Shown here piece after piece: positions 29,734-41,163 of a DNA stretch of 64,000 nucleotides. The notes beneath the pieces are model-generated. The model made no database searches, was not told where the DNA came from, and was given only the letters and a program-made list of their open reading frames with translations. Position 1 is the stretch's first letter. Each line of letters begins with the position of its first letter. The position numbers and the translations under genes are program-made. This DNA comes from an uncultured Gammaproteobacteria bacterium (lineage in GTDB: Bacteria; Pseudomonadota; Gammaproteobacteria; QNFE01; CAZPSE01): positions 19,658 to 83,657 of the forward strand of contig CAZPSE010000002.1 of assembly GCA_964589575.1 (NCBI GenBank). The letters run 5' to 3'.

Positions 29734-30717
29734 ATGACCACCTTAATAAAAAACGATTGGACTTTAGACGAAATTAACACCCTTTTTGCATTGCCTTTTA
29801 ATGATTTGTTATTTAAAGCGCACAGTATTCACCGCGAAAATTTTGACCCTAACGAAATCCAAATCAGTTCGTTATTGTCGATAAAAACCGGTGCCTGCCC
29901 AGAAGATTGCTCTTACTGCCCACAAAGCACCCACTACGATACCGGCTTAGAAAAAGAACGCTTGTTACCCGTTGCAGAGGTGGTGAAAGCGGCACGCATT
30001 GCTAAGGGCAACTGTTCGTCTCGGTTTTGTATGGGTGCCGCTTGGCGCAACCCTACCGATAAAAATTTAGATAAAGTTATCGAGCTAATACACGCTGTTA
30101 AAGCCGAGGGTATGGAAACCTGCGTAACGTTAGGCATGTTAAGCCCGCCACAAGCTAAAAAATTGTCCTTAGCTGGGTTGGATTATTACAACCACAATTT
30201 AGATACTTCGCTAGAATTTTACGGTCAAGTGATTACTTCTCGCACGTATGACGACCGTTTAAAAACGTTATCATCGGTACGTGATGCCGACATTAAAGTG
30301 TGCAGCGGTGGCATTATTGGCATGGGCGAAAAACCTCAAGACCGTTCTAGCATGTTGCAACAATTAGCCAACTTGCCAGAACACCCCCACTCTGTACCGA
30401 TAAATTTATTAGTACAGGTAGAAGGCACACCACTTTACGGTATAGATGAGTTAGACCCAATAGACTTTGCACGCACCATTGCCGTGGCGCGTATTATTAT
30501 GCCATTGTCTAAAGTGCGTTTATCTGCAGGGCGTACCGACATGACCGATGAACTGCAAGCCATGTGCTTTTTTGCTGGGGCTAATTCTATTTTTTATGGT
30601 GAAAAACTGCTAACTACAGAAAACCCAGAAACCAATAAAGATAAAGATTTATTTAGCAAACTGGGTTTAACCTACCAAAACCAAAACAGCCCTAAGGATA
30701 TGTGCATCCCAAGTTGA
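29734..30717 (+). CDS. bioB: Biotin synthase
   Basis: Radical-SAM motif [11 protein letters not shown]; 327 aa. Confidence 0.95.
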   Translation: MTTLIKNDWTLDEINTLFALPFNDLLFKAHSIHRENFDPNEIQISSLLSIKTGACPEDCSYCPQSTHYDTGLEKERLLPVAEVVKAARIAKGNCSSRFCMGAAWRNPTDKNLDKVIELIHAVKAEGMETCVTLGMLSPPQAKKLSLAGLDYYNHNLDTSLEFYGQVITSRTYDDRLKTLSSVRDADIKVCSGGIIGMGEKPQDRSSMLQQLANLPEHPHSVPINLLVQVEGTPLYGIDELDPIDFARTIAVARIIMPLSKVRLSAGRTDMTDELQAMCFFAGANSIFYGEKLLTTENPETNKDKDLFSKLGLTYQNQNSPKDMCIPS

Positions 30718-31877
30718 TGTCTGCTTTTGAACAACAACGCCGTTTATTACTGCAACAATTAAAAAAAGACCATGCTTATCGTTCTCGGCTAGTTTGTGCA
30801 TCACCGCAACAAAACCTGCAAAACATTGCAGGTAAAAACTGCATTAATTTTGCAGGTAACGACTATTTAGGTTTAGCCAATCACCCTTTAATTAAACAAG
30901 CCTTTAAGCAAGGGGTCGACGATTTTGGCGTAGGTAGCGGTGCTGCACATTTAATTAACGGTCACAGCCAAGCTCACCACGCTTTAGAGTTAGAGCTGGC
31001 GGAGTTTTGCAATCGGCCGCGGGCATTATTGTTTTCGTCGGGCTATATGGCTAACCTTGCGGTGCTTACCACGTTGTACAATAAAAACGTTACGGTGTTT
31101 CAAGACAAACTAAACCATGCATCATTAATAGATGCGGGGCAAAACAGCCAAGCCCAACTTAAACGTTACAAACACAAAGACCTTAACCACCTACAACAAC
31201 TTATTAACCTTAGCGACAACCCGCAACATGCCATCGTTACCGACGGTGTGTTTAGTATGGACGGCGACTTAGCACCCCTTAAAAACTTGGTCACCCTTGC
31301 CAAACAATACCAAGCCGAATTGATGATTGATGATGCCCACGGTTTTGGTGTATTGGGTAAAAACGGCGGTGGTATTTGTCAGCACCTAAACCTAAGTGTA
31401 AAAGACGTACCTATTTATATGGCCACCCTTGGTAAAGCCGTTGGGTGTTTTGGCGCATTTGTAGCAGGCAGCGAAACCTTAATAGAGACCTTAATAAATA
31501 ACGCACGGCAATACATTTTTACCACCGCCACCCCGCCAGCTTTGGCCCAAGCTGCACGGCAGAGCTTACAACTAATTAAAACCGAGCATTGGCGACGTGA
31601 AAAATTAAACGACAACATTGCTTACTTTAAACAATATTGCGCACAAGTTGGCGTTAATACCTTGCCATCAGACACGGCTATCCAACCCATTATTATTGCC
31701 GACAAAGAACACCTATTAACCACCAAACAAAACTTATTTAACAATGGTTTTTTAGTAGGCGCTGTCCGCCCGCCCACGGTTGCAAAAAATGCATCACGTT
31801 TACGCATAACCTTAAACACCAACCACGATGTTAACCAAATAAAAAAATTAGTTGAAATGCTAAGCGATTGTCTTTAA
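30702..31877 (+). CDS. bioF: 8-amino-7-oxononanoate synthase
   Basis: 391 aa PLP-dependent aminotransferase class II. Overlaps the bioB stop. Confidence 0.9.
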   Translation: MHPKLMSAFEQQRRLLLQQLKKDHAYRSRLVCASPQQNLQNIAGKNCINFAGNDYLGLANHPLIKQAFKQGVDDFGVGSGAAHLINGHSQAHHALELELAEFCNRPRALLFSSGYMANLAVLTTLYNKNVTVFQDKLNHASLIDAGQNSQAQLKRYKHKDLNHLQQLINLSDNPQHAIVTDGVFSMDGDLAPLKNLVTLAKQYQAELMIDDAHGFGVLGKNGGGICQHLNLSVKDVPIYMATLGKAVGCFGAFVAGSETLIETLINNARQYIFTTATPPALAQAARQSLQLIKTEHWRREKLNDNIAYFKQYCAQVGVNTLPSDTAIQPIIIADKEHLLTTKQNLFNNGFLVGAVRPPTVAKNASRLRITLNTNHDVNQIKKLVEMLSDCL

Positions 31878-31888
31878 TGTTACCAACG

Positions 31889-32138
31889 TTAAAGAGACTC
31901 TGATTAACTGGGTTTTTAAACTATTAGCGTTAAGCCTTGCTCGTTTTGGTGCTTTTTCAAAACTAGCGAGGCTTACGAGCGGCAAGTGATAACATTATTT
32001 GATATTGCTCCAATAGCCCGCTTGGTAAGCCTTGCTAGTTCACGATAAAGCTGTGAACGAGCAAGGCTTAGCGCTATTAGTATTGACCTAGGTTAAACTT
32101 TTAACCATGCTCTACCCAGTTAATCAGTTCTTCCTTAA
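31889..32138. mobile_element. MITE-like repeat, copy 4 (250 bp). TIRs are TTAAAGAGACTCTGATTAACTGG and CCAGTTAATCAGTTCTTCCTTAA.
   Basis: Both TIRs are present. Internal sequence is about 90% identical to copy 3 but lacks the GGGGAGCGATAGCGACGTG module. Confidence 0.8.
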
Positions 32139-32174
32139 TAAACCTCTACCAGCCATAACGGAACATTTTAAACG

Positions 32175-33341
32175 TTGAAAGCCATTCTAAAATCACTCGT
32201 TTTTTGCCTTCTAGCGTCGACCCCTTGCTTTATTTGGGCGCAAGAAGCACAAAGTAATAGCTTTGCTGTGGAACTTACTAAGTGGCAAATAGCCAAGGGT
32301 GACACATTAAGTGATATAGCTCAAAAGTTACTACCCAACAATGCACCATTGCGCGAACAGCTTATGTACCAAATACTAGAGCTAAACCCCATCGCTTTCC
32401 CTACCAACAATATTGACTTTATGTTGGCATTTAATACGTTGTTTTTCCCCAGCGTTATTGACGGAATCAACATTAAACAGTTATTAAACAATCAAGTAAT
32501 ATCAATGGGCGATTTAAAAGACGCACCTTTATATGTTATGCCAACAACATTAAACATTGATAACAATAAAACAAACCGCTTTTATTCAATATCGGGCACC
32601 AATATAGAAACCGAATTAGACACGACTGCCACTGTGGCTTTGCATGGCTATAAGTATGTTACGGCAGGCAACCTAAGCGCTAAAGTGACCATTAACAATG
32701 GGCCGTCTTATTTACTAACGCCCAATACACGCATAAAAGTATCGCTACAAAATAACAATAATGAGCCATGCCAAGTAAACTTAATTTATGGTTTGTTGCG
32801 TGTTTTAGAGCGTGACGAACAAGCCAAACATTGCAGTATTTTGACACCATTAGCCAAAATAACAGCTAACAATAGTGCCTATATTGTACGGGTTTGCCAC
32901 CCAGGTAGTTGCATTATAGAGTCTGAAAAAAATGGTGAGTTCAGCTTACCTGCAGGTGTGTATTTTGGCGTAGTAGAAGGCAAAATTAGCCTAATAGACA
33001 AAACAAAACAATACCAAGTTGGCCTTGGCGAAATTAAATATTACTCCCCTAAAAACACAAAACCCTTAGCCATTAAACACTTTAAAGGTTTATTGTTTAA
33101 CAATACAGACTTACTTGCCATTAAAAATAACGCCCCTAAAAAGAAACAATTTGGCTGGGGAACCATACAAAACCACTCTCAAGATGACGGTTATATAGAG
33201 TCTCATTTAGATATTAAAACCGATTATTTGGCTACCGAACTTACAGAAGAAGTACAAATTATAGAGCAAGAAGTGCAAGAAGCAGAAACACTAAAAGATG
33301 AACCGTCAGATAACACATCCACATTGGATCGTTTTAATTAA
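32175..33341 (+). CDS. Secreted hypothetical protein with an N-terminal LysM-like motif
   Basis: Signal peptide followed by WQIAKGDTLSDIAQK (LysM-like). Confidence 0.45.
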   Translation: MKAILKSLVFCLLASTPCFIWAQEAQSNSFAVELTKWQIAKGDTLSDIAQKLLPNNAPLREQLMYQILELNPIAFPTNNIDFMLAFNTLFFPSVIDGINIKQLLNNQVISMGDLKDAPLYVMPTTLNIDNNKTNRFYSISGTNIETELDTTATVALHGYKYVTAGNLSAKVTINNGPSYLLTPNTRIKVSLQNNNNEPCQVNLIYGLLRVLERDEQAKHCSILTPLAKITANNSAYIVRVCHPGSCIIESEKNGEFSLPAGVYFGVVEGKISLIDKTKQYQVGLGEIKYYSPKNTKPLAIKHFKGLLFNNTDLLAIKNNAPKKKQFGWGTIQNHSQDDGYIESHLDIKTDYLATELTEEVQIIEQEVQEAETLKDEPSDNTSTLDRFN

Positions 33342-34066
33342 TGGCTTATTTTCGTATTGCACTTCGTTTAACGCTGCTATTTTTTCATATTAGTTATGCC
33401 ATCATTTTTTTAGCTTTTTATCCCAATTCCCCTGCAAATATTAGCCCCCGTCAGTGGTTACGCATTCAAAAATGGCACCAACGGTTACTTAGTATTTGTG
33501 GCATTAGCATTACCATAAAAGGGGCGTTTCAAAACACGCCTTGCTTAGTTATTGCCAACCACATATCGTGGATAGACATACCCGCTATAAGTTGCGTTGT
33601 ACCGACAGGTTTTGTCGCCAAGGCAGAAATTGCTAAATGGCCAGTAATAGGTTGGCTAACTAAAAAAACCGCCTGTATTTTTATAGAACGAGGGCGTACA
33701 GGTATTGTTGAGCAAATAAACCAAACCATTTCAAAACAAATACATTTTGGCGTAAATACCTTAGTTTTCCCCGAAGGTACAACCACTGACGGCAGTAAAA
33801 CCAAACGTTTTAATTACCGTTTATTTAAAGCGGTAGAACATAATAAACTGCCTGTACTGTTGCTAACCCTTAGCTACCCAAACTCACCCCATGCTAAGTT
33901 TGTTGGTGACATGACTTTTTTTAGTCATCTTATGGACGTACTAAAAGAACCAGAAACCCATGTGCAAATTAATATAACAGCAACAGTGCAAGAGAACTTA
34001 AACAGCAAAGACTATGCCCAATTTTGTGAACAAAAAATTAGTGATGAATTACAAAAGTTAAATTAA
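33341..34066 (+). CDS. Lysophospholipid / 1-acyl-sn-glycerol-3-phosphate acyltransferase (PlsC family)
   Basis: HxxxxD motif (NHISWIDI) and FPEGTT motif. Confidence 0.75.
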   Translation: MAYFRIALRLTLLFFHISYAIIFLAFYPNSPANISPRQWLRIQKWHQRLLSICGISITIKGAFQNTPCLVIANHISWIDIPAISCVVPTGFVAKAEIAKWPVIGWLTKKTACIFIERGRTGIVEQINQTISKQIHFGVNTLVFPEGTTTDGSKTKRFNYRLFKAVEHNKLPVLLLTLSYPNSPHAKFVGDMTFFSHLMDVLKEPETHVQINITATVQENLNSKDYAQFCEQKISDELQKLN

Positions 34067-34151
34067 TAATTTGTCTCGCTAGCTCACTCCGTTTAGAAAT
34101 GTATTTAGCGCACCTCAAAAAAGGCTTGTAGCGTCGACCCCTTGCTTTAAA

Positions 34152-34184
34152 AAGACCGATTAACTAACGTCAAGTCTTCCTTAA
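34152..34184. mobile_element. Miniature deletion derivative of the MITE family (AAGACCGATTAACTAACGTCAAGTCTTCCTTAA). Its terminal TTA is the stop codon of the DUF2889 gene.
   Basis: Matches the two ends of the 51518-51688 copy, which shares the GATTAACTAACGT stretch. Confidence 0.5.
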
Positions 34185-34747
34185 CCTTCCCCATTGGGCC
34201 GTTTATAATACTGTGGCCAAAAGTCTTTTACTACTTGGCTTGCATCGTCAAACGTATGGCATGTATTTAAAAAAGGCGGTTTACGCGTTTCACTATTGTC
34301 TTTGTTTTTACTGGCATATTGTCCACCATAAATGGTCTGAAAGGCGACAGTTGCAATCGGTTTTAATAACTCATTTAAGTGTGTACAGCCGTTTATGCCA
34401 CCGGTTATTTTGCGTACTTTTCTACTCCAACCTGGGGCAATTTGTATGCCTTTTAATTTTGAAAACTGTTGATTAATTTGCGGACACATGGCAAACGGGC
34501 TGCTGTCTATTGACGCATAACATTGATGAATGATCATTTTTTTATCAACCGTTATCCTTAGCCACATATCGTGCAAATAATCGCCTGCTACAATAAAGCC
34601 ACCACGGTCTTTATTTGCAAAGGTAAACGGTTTTTGGTCGGTCATGTGCGCGTCTATATCCCACAAGCCGTCGTCCCTTTGGTAACCCTTAACGTCTATT
34701 TGACGATGGTGGCTTAATTGACGAGCATTAGCAGGCGGTAATGGCAT
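34181..34747 (-). CDS. DUF2889-family protein
   Basis: 188 aa; the family assignment is from remembered sequence. Confidence 0.45.
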   Translation of the reverse strand: MPLPPANARQLSHHRQIDVKGYQRDDGLWDIDAHMTDQKPFTFANKDRGGFIVAGDYLHDMWLRITVDKKMIIHQCYASIDSSPFAMCPQINQQFSKLKGIQIAPGWSRKVRKITGGINGCTHLNELLKPIATVAFQTIYGGQYASKNKDNSETRKPPFLNTCHTFDDASQVVKDFWPQYYKRPNGEG

Positions 34748-34752
34748 GTTAT

Positions 34753-35688
34753 TTACCCGGCAACCACTTTATTGCGTCCAGTATCTTTGGCTTTATATAA
34801 GGCATTATCAGCACGTTTCATTAAGCTATCTTGCGCATCATTTTTGTTTAACACCGCTAACCCAACAGACGTTGTAATTTTTAAACACTTACCACTAGTG
34901 TACTTAAACTCTGTTTTTTCAATTGCCAATCTTAATCTTTCGGCCACGCCTAATGATTCTTCTTGTTCAATATTAACCAATATTAAACAAATTTCTTCTC
35001 CACCGTATCTAACCGCTGCATCTCTTGCACGGGCAAAGGTTTGCAATATCGTGCCAATTTGTTTTAAAACAACATCTCCTGCATCATGCCCGTAAGTATC
35101 ATTAACCTGTTTAAAATGGTCAATATCAATCATTAAATAACTAAGTGGTATATTTTTTCTTTGGAAATTATTTATTATTTTAGCCAAATTTTCTTCTAAC
35201 CAGCGTCTATTAAACAATCCGGTTAAAGCATCTACACGCGCCTGTTGTTCTATTTCTTTTATGTTTTGTGCAGACTTATCTAACTGGCTAGAAACACGGC
35301 GTGCTCGTTCTACCACCAGTTTTAATATGTTGCTAGTAAATGCATGGCTTTTATTACATAACTGCCACATTTCTTGCTCATTTAAAATTAGTGTTTTACA
35401 TTCTGTTTTTGTAACCACCCAAGCAGTAGCAGGTTGCGAATCTAAAACGGATATTTCTCCAAAAACCGACCCTGCATTTAGTGACCTAAGCGGCTTTTGG
35501 TGCATATCGTCGTAAACATCCACCAAGCCATCCAACAACATATAAACCTGTTTATTGCGTTGAGCTTTTTTAATTAACGCCGTATCAGGTGGAAAAACGA
35601 CAATAGAATGCTCAGCAATTAATTGCTTAAACAATGATGCTTTGACATTAACAAATAATGAAAATTTAGCGGCTTCTATAAAAGACAT
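34753..35688 (-). CDS. Cyclic-nucleotide-binding domain + GGDEF domain protein. The signature reads GGEEI rather than GGEEF.
   Basis: N-terminal cNMP-binding fold (FGEISVLD...), then RYGGEEICLIL. Confidence 0.8.
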   Translation of the reverse strand: MSFIEAAKFSLFVNVKASLFKQLIAEHSIVVFPPDTALIKKAQRNKQVYMLLDGLVDVYDDMHQKPLRSLNAGSVFGEISVLDSQPATAWVVTKTECKTLILNEQEMWQLCNKSHAFTSNILKLVVERARRVSSQLDKSAQNIKEIEQQARVDALTGLFNRRWLEENLAKIINNFQRKNIPLSYLMIDIDHFKQVNDTYGHDAGDVVLKQIGTILQTFARARDAAVRYGGEEICLILVNIEQEESLGVAERLRLAIEKTEFKYTSGKCLKITTSVGLAVLNKNDAQDSLMKRADNALYKAKDTGRNKVVAG

Positions 35689-35847
35689 GAGTTTTTAACA
35701 GTTGAATTAATGCTTTTATAGTACCCTAACTCCTATTTAAAAAGATGAAAATAGTGTATTAAACGAATCAATGACCTATAGATATTGCAAAAAGAGTGGT
35801 TTACCTTATAATCAAATTGATTCAATAATTATAAAAATAAAAACATA

Positions 35848-36684
35848 ATGAAATGGTTTGTCATTCTGCTACTGGCTTTTCCCTCTATTTTATTGGCAGA
35901 AATTTTATCTTATAAATTAAACCCCAATTTAATTATCCAGGCAGAATTTATAGCCGGTGAAGCCAACTCACCGGTGGTTATACTTATCCCGCCTTTTTTA
36001 CAAACCAATAATTTTTACACAACAAGGTTACTAGGCGAATCTTTAGCAGAAGCGGGTTTAAACGTATTATTGCCTACCTTATCTTATGGCATTAGCCTAA
36101 GAAAAAACTTTTTAGACTGTGCCGCAATACATAGCCACTCGATATTAGACGATGCCAAAGAAATAAACTATTGGGTTAACTTAATGGCCAAACGTTCCCA
36201 TAAAAAAGTTATTTTATTGGGCCACAGTTTTGGTGCCACACAGGTTTTACACACAGCACAGCATAAACCAAAAAAAATAAACAAAGTCATTATGTTGTCG
36301 TTAGGTTATTTTGGGCTAAACACCCCATTAAATGAAGAAACCACAAAAATGATAGCTGATGCCAAAAACAGGCTAAAAAACAACAACAATTTATATGACA
36401 CGTTTAGCTTATCTTTTTGTAAAAAATACATAACCACGCCAAAAAAGTTTTTATCCTACACCCAGTACGATAAAAGCTTTACCTTAAATGCACTAACAAG
36501 CCTAACACCCAAAGCATTAGTAGTAATGGGTGAAAAAGACGAACGCATAGGTGCCGACTGGATTAATTTATTAGCCCAATCCTCAACCCAAGTAAAAATC
36601 ATCTCTAATGCATCGCATTTTTTTGATAATGAACTTGAGTTTAGCTTGTTTGATGTGCTTGAATCCTTTTTAGAACTCGACTGA
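35848..36684 (+). CDS. Secreted alpha/beta-hydrolase-fold protein (GHSFG nucleophile elbow)
   Basis: Signal peptide plus a GxSxG motif. Confidence 0.55.
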   Translation: MKWFVILLLAFPSILLAEILSYKLNPNLIIQAEFIAGEANSPVVILIPPFLQTNNFYTTRLLGESLAEAGLNVLLPTLSYGISLRKNFLDCAAIHSHSILDDAKEINYWVNLMAKRSHKKVILLGHSFGATQVLHTAQHKPKKINKVIMLSLGYFGLNTPLNEETTKMIADAKNRLKNNNNLYDTFSLSFCKKYITTPKKFLSYTQYDKSFTLNALTSLTPKALVVMGEKDERIGADWINLLAQSSTQVKIISNASHFFDNELEFSLFDVLESFLELD

Positions 36685-36706
36685 GCGATAACAAAAAACC
36701 CAATTA

Positions 36707-38920
36707 ATGCCTAAAAATGTCACTTTATCTTTAAAACAATTTGTCAGCATAGCGGGCATTATGACCTTTGCTGTTTTTATTAGTTTGTATTTTTACAGTC
36801 AAATAAAGCTATATAAAATCAATAACAATATTGAGTTACGCACCCATAACAACGCAAAAGCCGAATTAAACAGCATTATAAATAAGCTGAATATTAGTAG
36901 TAGTGAGGCGACTAAAAAACTATCCGCCTGGCAAGAGGTTGGACAACAATTAGGCAACAAACCTGTTTACCCCTACTGGAAAAGTTTGCGCCTGTTTCAA
37001 TCCGACCGTTTACCCAAACATGCAATTGATGTAGAAATATTTGACAGCAACGGCGTTGCTATCCAAAAAACCACAAAATCTTCTATATTTTACAATTTTA
37101 GCCCCGCAACAACCAATAAAATAGTGGTTAAAAAAAATGGTTACTACTACCTTTTAGTTAATGAGCCGATATACCAAAATTTTAATAATACGAAAACCTT
37201 AATTGGTTACCTTTTGGTACAATTTGATCTATTGCCTTATCTACGTTCTATCGAAACGCTTAAATATATTACCCCAGAAAGTATTGTCTTTAATTCAAAT
37301 ACCGACGTTACACCTTTTGCAAATATTAAAAACATGGTGCAATTTACCACTATCAATAACCGTGATTTATTTCACTTTAAAGCACTTTTTTCTAACAGCC
37401 TAATTAATTTAAGCTTAGCCTCTGCCTTTTTCATTTTTGCTTTATTTATTTGTATTATTAAGCTTATTGGTCAACCTTTAACCTATTTGAACAGCTATAT
37501 TGCAGATTTAGAAGACAGCAAAGAACATGACGTACAAAAACGCACTAAACCCCTGTTTCGCTTTACAGAAATTGACAAAATTCATGATTCGATAAGCCAA
37601 TATCACACGGCATTAATTAGCTTCCAATCTAAGTTATACAATAAAAATATTGAGCTTTGGCAAATGGCGCATGTAGACCCGCTAACGTCTGCACACAATA
37701 GAAGGGCATTTGATGACAAGTTAGAGAATGTGCAAAAAACACTGTCTCGCTCGTCTATTAATATAAGCCTACTACTTATAGACGTTAACGACTTTAAAGC
37801 AATTAATGATACCTACGGCCACCAAACAGGCGACGACGTATTAAGAAGTATTGTTGACACATTTCAAGATGTTTTACGCACTGGTGAAGATATTTATCGA
37901 ATAGGTGGCGATGAATTTGCCATTATTTTAATTGACTGCGATGCAACCAGTGCAGAAGTTTTGGCGCAAAGGTGTTTGTTCAAATACGGCCAATTTGATT
38001 TTTCGAGCTTGCAATTGGCAGACAAAGTTAGGCTAAGTATTGGCATTGCCTCTACCATTAAAGCTAATGACGACAACCAAATTAAAGACTTATTGTGGAA
38101 AGCCGATTTAGCCATGTATTCGGCTAAAAAACCCAGTTCTGGCCACGTTATTATTTATGATGCCAAATTAAATAAAGAAAACAAAGTATTTGTTAGCTGG
38201 ATTAACCAAGCCATTTATACCGCTATAGAAACGGGCGAAAATATCAGCATGCAATACCAACCGATTGTTGATATTAAAACTAATAGCTTGTCTTATTACG
38301 AAGCGTTAATACGTATAAAACATAAAGACAAGGTCATACACCCCGACAGTATTTTCCCCTTTATTGGTTCAAAATCTCTAGAGGTGGATTTAGATAAAGC
38401 CGTAATTTTAAAAGTCGCTGCCGATTTAGAAAACAACCTTATCCCCAAAGGCATTGGTGTTTCAGTCAACCTTTCTGCCCAAATTATTACCCAAGAAGAC
38501 TTAATTACTTGGCTAGAACCACTAGAAAAACATTTACCAGATAGAGATATTATTTTAGAAGTGACCGAAACATCTTTAGTGAGCAATTTAAAGCAGGCCA
38601 TTAGTAATTTAGAACCGTTACAAAAACGGGGCTTTAAAATTGCTTTGGACGATTTTGGCAGTGGTTACTCGTCATTCTCTTACCTATCTAATATGCCAAT
38701 CAATATTGTTAAATTTGATATTTCACTTATTATTAGTTTTACACAAAACCCTAACGAGCATCACATCGTTTCTAAATTGGCACAAATGATTTCAGAATCG
38801 GGCTTTGAGATTGTAGCTGAAGGCATTGAAACCGAACAACAGTTAGCCATTATTAAAAACCACTGCTTCGATAAGGTACAGGGCTTTTTATTGGACAAAC
38901 AATTTAAAAACTTAAGCTAA
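36707..38920 (+). CDS. Membrane sensor GGDEF-EAL protein (c-di-GMP synthase/phosphodiesterase)
   Basis: Two TM segments around a periplasmic domain, then RIGGDEFAIIL, and an EAL domain with EALIR and DDFGSGYSS motifs. Confidence 0.85.
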   Translation: MPKNVTLSLKQFVSIAGIMTFAVFISLYFYSQIKLYKINNNIELRTHNNAKAELNSIINKLNISSSEATKKLSAWQEVGQQLGNKPVYPYWKSLRLFQSDRLPKHAIDVEIFDSNGVAIQKTTKSSIFYNFSPATTNKIVVKKNGYYYLLVNEPIYQNFNNTKTLIGYLLVQFDLLPYLRSIETLKYITPESIVFNSNTDVTPFANIKNMVQFTTINNRDLFHFKALFSNSLINLSLASAFFIFALFICIIKLIGQPLTYLNSYIADLEDSKEHDVQKRTKPLFRFTEIDKIHDSISQYHTALISFQSKLYNKNIELWQMAHVDPLTSAHNRRAFDDKLENVQKTLSRSSINISLLLIDVNDFKAINDTYGHQTGDDVLRSIVDTFQDVLRTGEDIYRIGGDEFAIILIDCDATSAEVLAQRCLFKYGQFDFSSLQLADKVRLSIGIASTIKANDDNQIKDLLWKADLAMYSAKKPSSGHVIIYDAKLNKENKVFVSWINQAIYTAIETGENISMQYQPIVDIKTNSLSYYEALIRIKHKDKVIHPDSIFPFIGSKSLEVDLDKAVILKVAADLENNLIPKGIGVSVNLSAQIITQEDLITWLEPLEKHLPDRDIILEVTETSLVSNLKQAISNLEPLQKRGFKIALDDFGSGYSSFSYLSNMPINIVKFDISLIISFTQNPNEHHIVSKLAQMISESGFEIVAEGIETEQQLAIIKNHCFDKVQGFLLDKQFKNLS

Positions 38921-38932
38921 AAGGCAGCTCTA

Positions 38933-40558
38933 TTAATTAATTACGCTTGGCTTTTGCGCCAAGTAGTCTTCGTAATTACCTTTGTAATCTACCAAACCGT
39001 TATCCGTAAATTCGATAATACGCGTTGCTAAAGACGATACAAACGTTCTGTCGTGGCTTACAAATACTATCGTGCCTTCGTAATCTTCTAAGGCATTGTT
39101 TAAAGACTCTATAGATTCCATATCCAAGTGGTTGGTTGGCTCATCTAAAATTAATACGTTATCTTTTTGTAGTGTTAATTTAGCAAACAACATTCTCGAT
39201 TGCTCACCACCAGACAATACCTTAACCGACTTTTTAATGTTATCACCAGAAAACAACATACGACCCAATGTGCCACGTATTACTTGTTCATCATCGCCCT
39301 CTTTTGTCCACGGTACAATCCAATCCGTTAGGCTTACATCTTTTTCAAAGTCTTCATTATGGTCTTGTGCAAAGTAACCAATCTGTGCTTTTTCTGCCCA
39401 TTTTATCGACCCCTTGGTCATGGGTTTTTCACCCACTAAGGTTTTTAAGAAGGTGGTTTTACCTGCACCGTTAGGGCCAATTACGGCTAAACGCTCACCC
39501 GCTTCTAGCATAATGTCTAAACCAGAAAACAATGTTTCGTCGTAACCATTGGTCATGTTTTCTGTGGTGAATGCTAAACGATGCAATTTTTCGGCCGGTT
39601 CAAAACGTATATAGGGGCTTTTACGGCTTGACGGTTTTAATTTTTCGATATGAATTTTATCAATTTGTTTTTGACGCGACGTGGCTTGTTTAGACTTAGA
39701 TGCATTAGCAGAAAAACGAGAAACAAATGAACGCAACTCTGCAATTTGTTCTTTTTTACGGTCGTTAGATGCAACGGCTTGGTCTCTCGCTTGGGTAGAG
39801 GCTTCCATGTACTGGTCATAATTGCCGGGGTAAAGCTTTACTTCTCCGTAATCTAAATCTGCCATGTGGGTACAAACACTGTTTAAAAAGTGCCTGTCGT
39901 GGCTAATTATTACCATTGTACATTTGCGGTCTAACAAAATATCTTCCAACCAACGGATAGAGTTAATGTCTAGGTGGTTGGTGGGTTCATCTAATAATAA
40001 AATATCAGGGTCTCCAAATAAAGCTTGGGCTAGTAACACACGTAACTTCCAACCGGGTGCTACTTGTGCCATTAAACCGTCATGCAAGCGTGCTTCTATA
40101 CCTGCACCTAGCAATAATTCTCCTGCTCTGGCTTCGGCGGTGTAGCCGTCCATTTCGGCAAATTCGCCTTCTAACTCGGCCGCACGCATACCGTCATCTT
40201 CGGTCATGTCTGCGCCTTTATCGTAAATGGCATCACGCTCATGTTTTATTTTCCATAAAGCGGCATCCCCCATTATTACGGTATCTAAAACATTAAAATT
40301 TTCAAAACCAAACTGATCTTGCTGTAAGGTTGCCATAGATTCTGTGGGGCCAAAGCTTACGTTGCCTGCGGTTGCTTCTAAGTTTCCGTCCAATATTTTC
40401 ATAAAGGTGGACTTGCCCGAACCATTGGCACCAATCAAACCGTAACGGTTTCCGTCTTGAAATTTAACCGAAACGTTTTCAAAAAGTGGTTTTTCACCAA
40501 ACTGAATGGTGACATTAGAAGTAACTAGCACAAAAATACCCGAAATAAGATTTAACAA
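38933..40558 (-). CDS. ybiT: ABC-F family ATPase, YbiT orthologue
   Basis: Two ABC cassettes. The N-terminus aligns to E. coli YbiT ([46 protein letters not shown]). The true start may be GTG at 40532. Confidence 0.9.
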   Translation of the reverse strand: MLNLISGIFVLVTSNVTIQFGEKPLFENVSVKFQDGNRYGLIGANGSGKSTFMKILDGNLEATAGNVSFGPTESMATLQQDQFGFENFNVLDTVIMGDAALWKIKHERDAIYDKGADMTEDDGMRAAELEGEFAEMDGYTAEARAGELLLGAGIEARLHDGLMAQVAPGWKLRVLLAQALFGDPDILLLDEPTNHLDINSIRWLEDILLDRKCTMVIISHDRHFLNSVCTHMADLDYGEVKLYPGNYDQYMEASTQARDQAVASNDRKKEQIAELRSFVSRFSANASKSKQATSRQKQIDKIHIEKLKPSSRKSPYIRFEPAEKLHRLAFTTENMTNGYDETLFSGLDIMLEAGERLAVIGPNGAGKTTFLKTLVGEKPMTKGSIKWAEKAQIGYFAQDHNEDFEKDVSLTDWIVPWTKEGDDEQVIRGTLGRMLFSGDNIKKSVKVLSGGEQSRMLFAKLTLQKDNVLILDEPTNHLDMESIESLNNALEDYEGTIVFVSHDRTFVSSLATRIIEFTDNGLVDYKGNYEDYLAQKPSVIN

Positions 40559-40628
40559 AGCGCGCTATTATGCGCCAATTTACTGTTTTTTTCCATTTCT
40601 CCTTTTGGGTAAGCCAGCTATTAAATTA

Positions 40629-41144
40629 TTATTGCCTTTTTTCATTATCATAACGCTTCACAGCCTGTATAAACGCTTCTCGTTGTTCAATATCAGCTAA
40701 AGATTCTTCATCAATAATTGGAATATTGGGCAACCCTTTAAGAATAGTGGCCACAAATAAACCACTTGTTTTTAATGGCGTATTTATTGGCGGTTTATCG
40801 TTGTACACTTTTGCCGTTTTATAGCCACAACTGGGTGAACGGGCTTTTACAATTAAACCTGCAATATCTTTATTTTTACTTAACCACGTGTGAGATTGAA
40901 GCGTTAAAGGTTGGGTTAAATTTGTAAATGGTTCATCTACCAAAACCGCTTTGTATTGAGCTTTGTCTTTTATAAGATGCATAGGTGGGCGAGGAATGCC
41001 CAACCCTGCTTCAAACTCTGGACATACTGGGATAATTTCAAACTGCTTAGAAATACAGTTTTTAATGAGCGGCGTAATTTTATTGCCGCCATCGTACCTA
41101 ACCGGTTGGCCTAATAAACAAGCACTAACCGCTATTTTTTTCAA
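40629..41144 (-). CDS. DUF523-family protein
   Basis: MKKIAVSACLLGQPVRYDGG N-terminus typical of DUF523. Confidence 0.7.
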   Translation of the reverse strand: MKKIAVSACLLGQPVRYDGGNKITPLIKNCISKQFEIIPVCPEFEAGLGIPRPPMHLIKDKAQYKAVLVDEPFTNLTQPLTLQSHTWLSKNKDIAGLIVKARSPSCGYKTAKVYNDKPPINTPLKTSGLFVATILKGLPNIPIIDEESLADIEQREAFIQAVKRYDNEKRQ

Positions 41145-41163
41145 AATGAAATAATATAAACGG

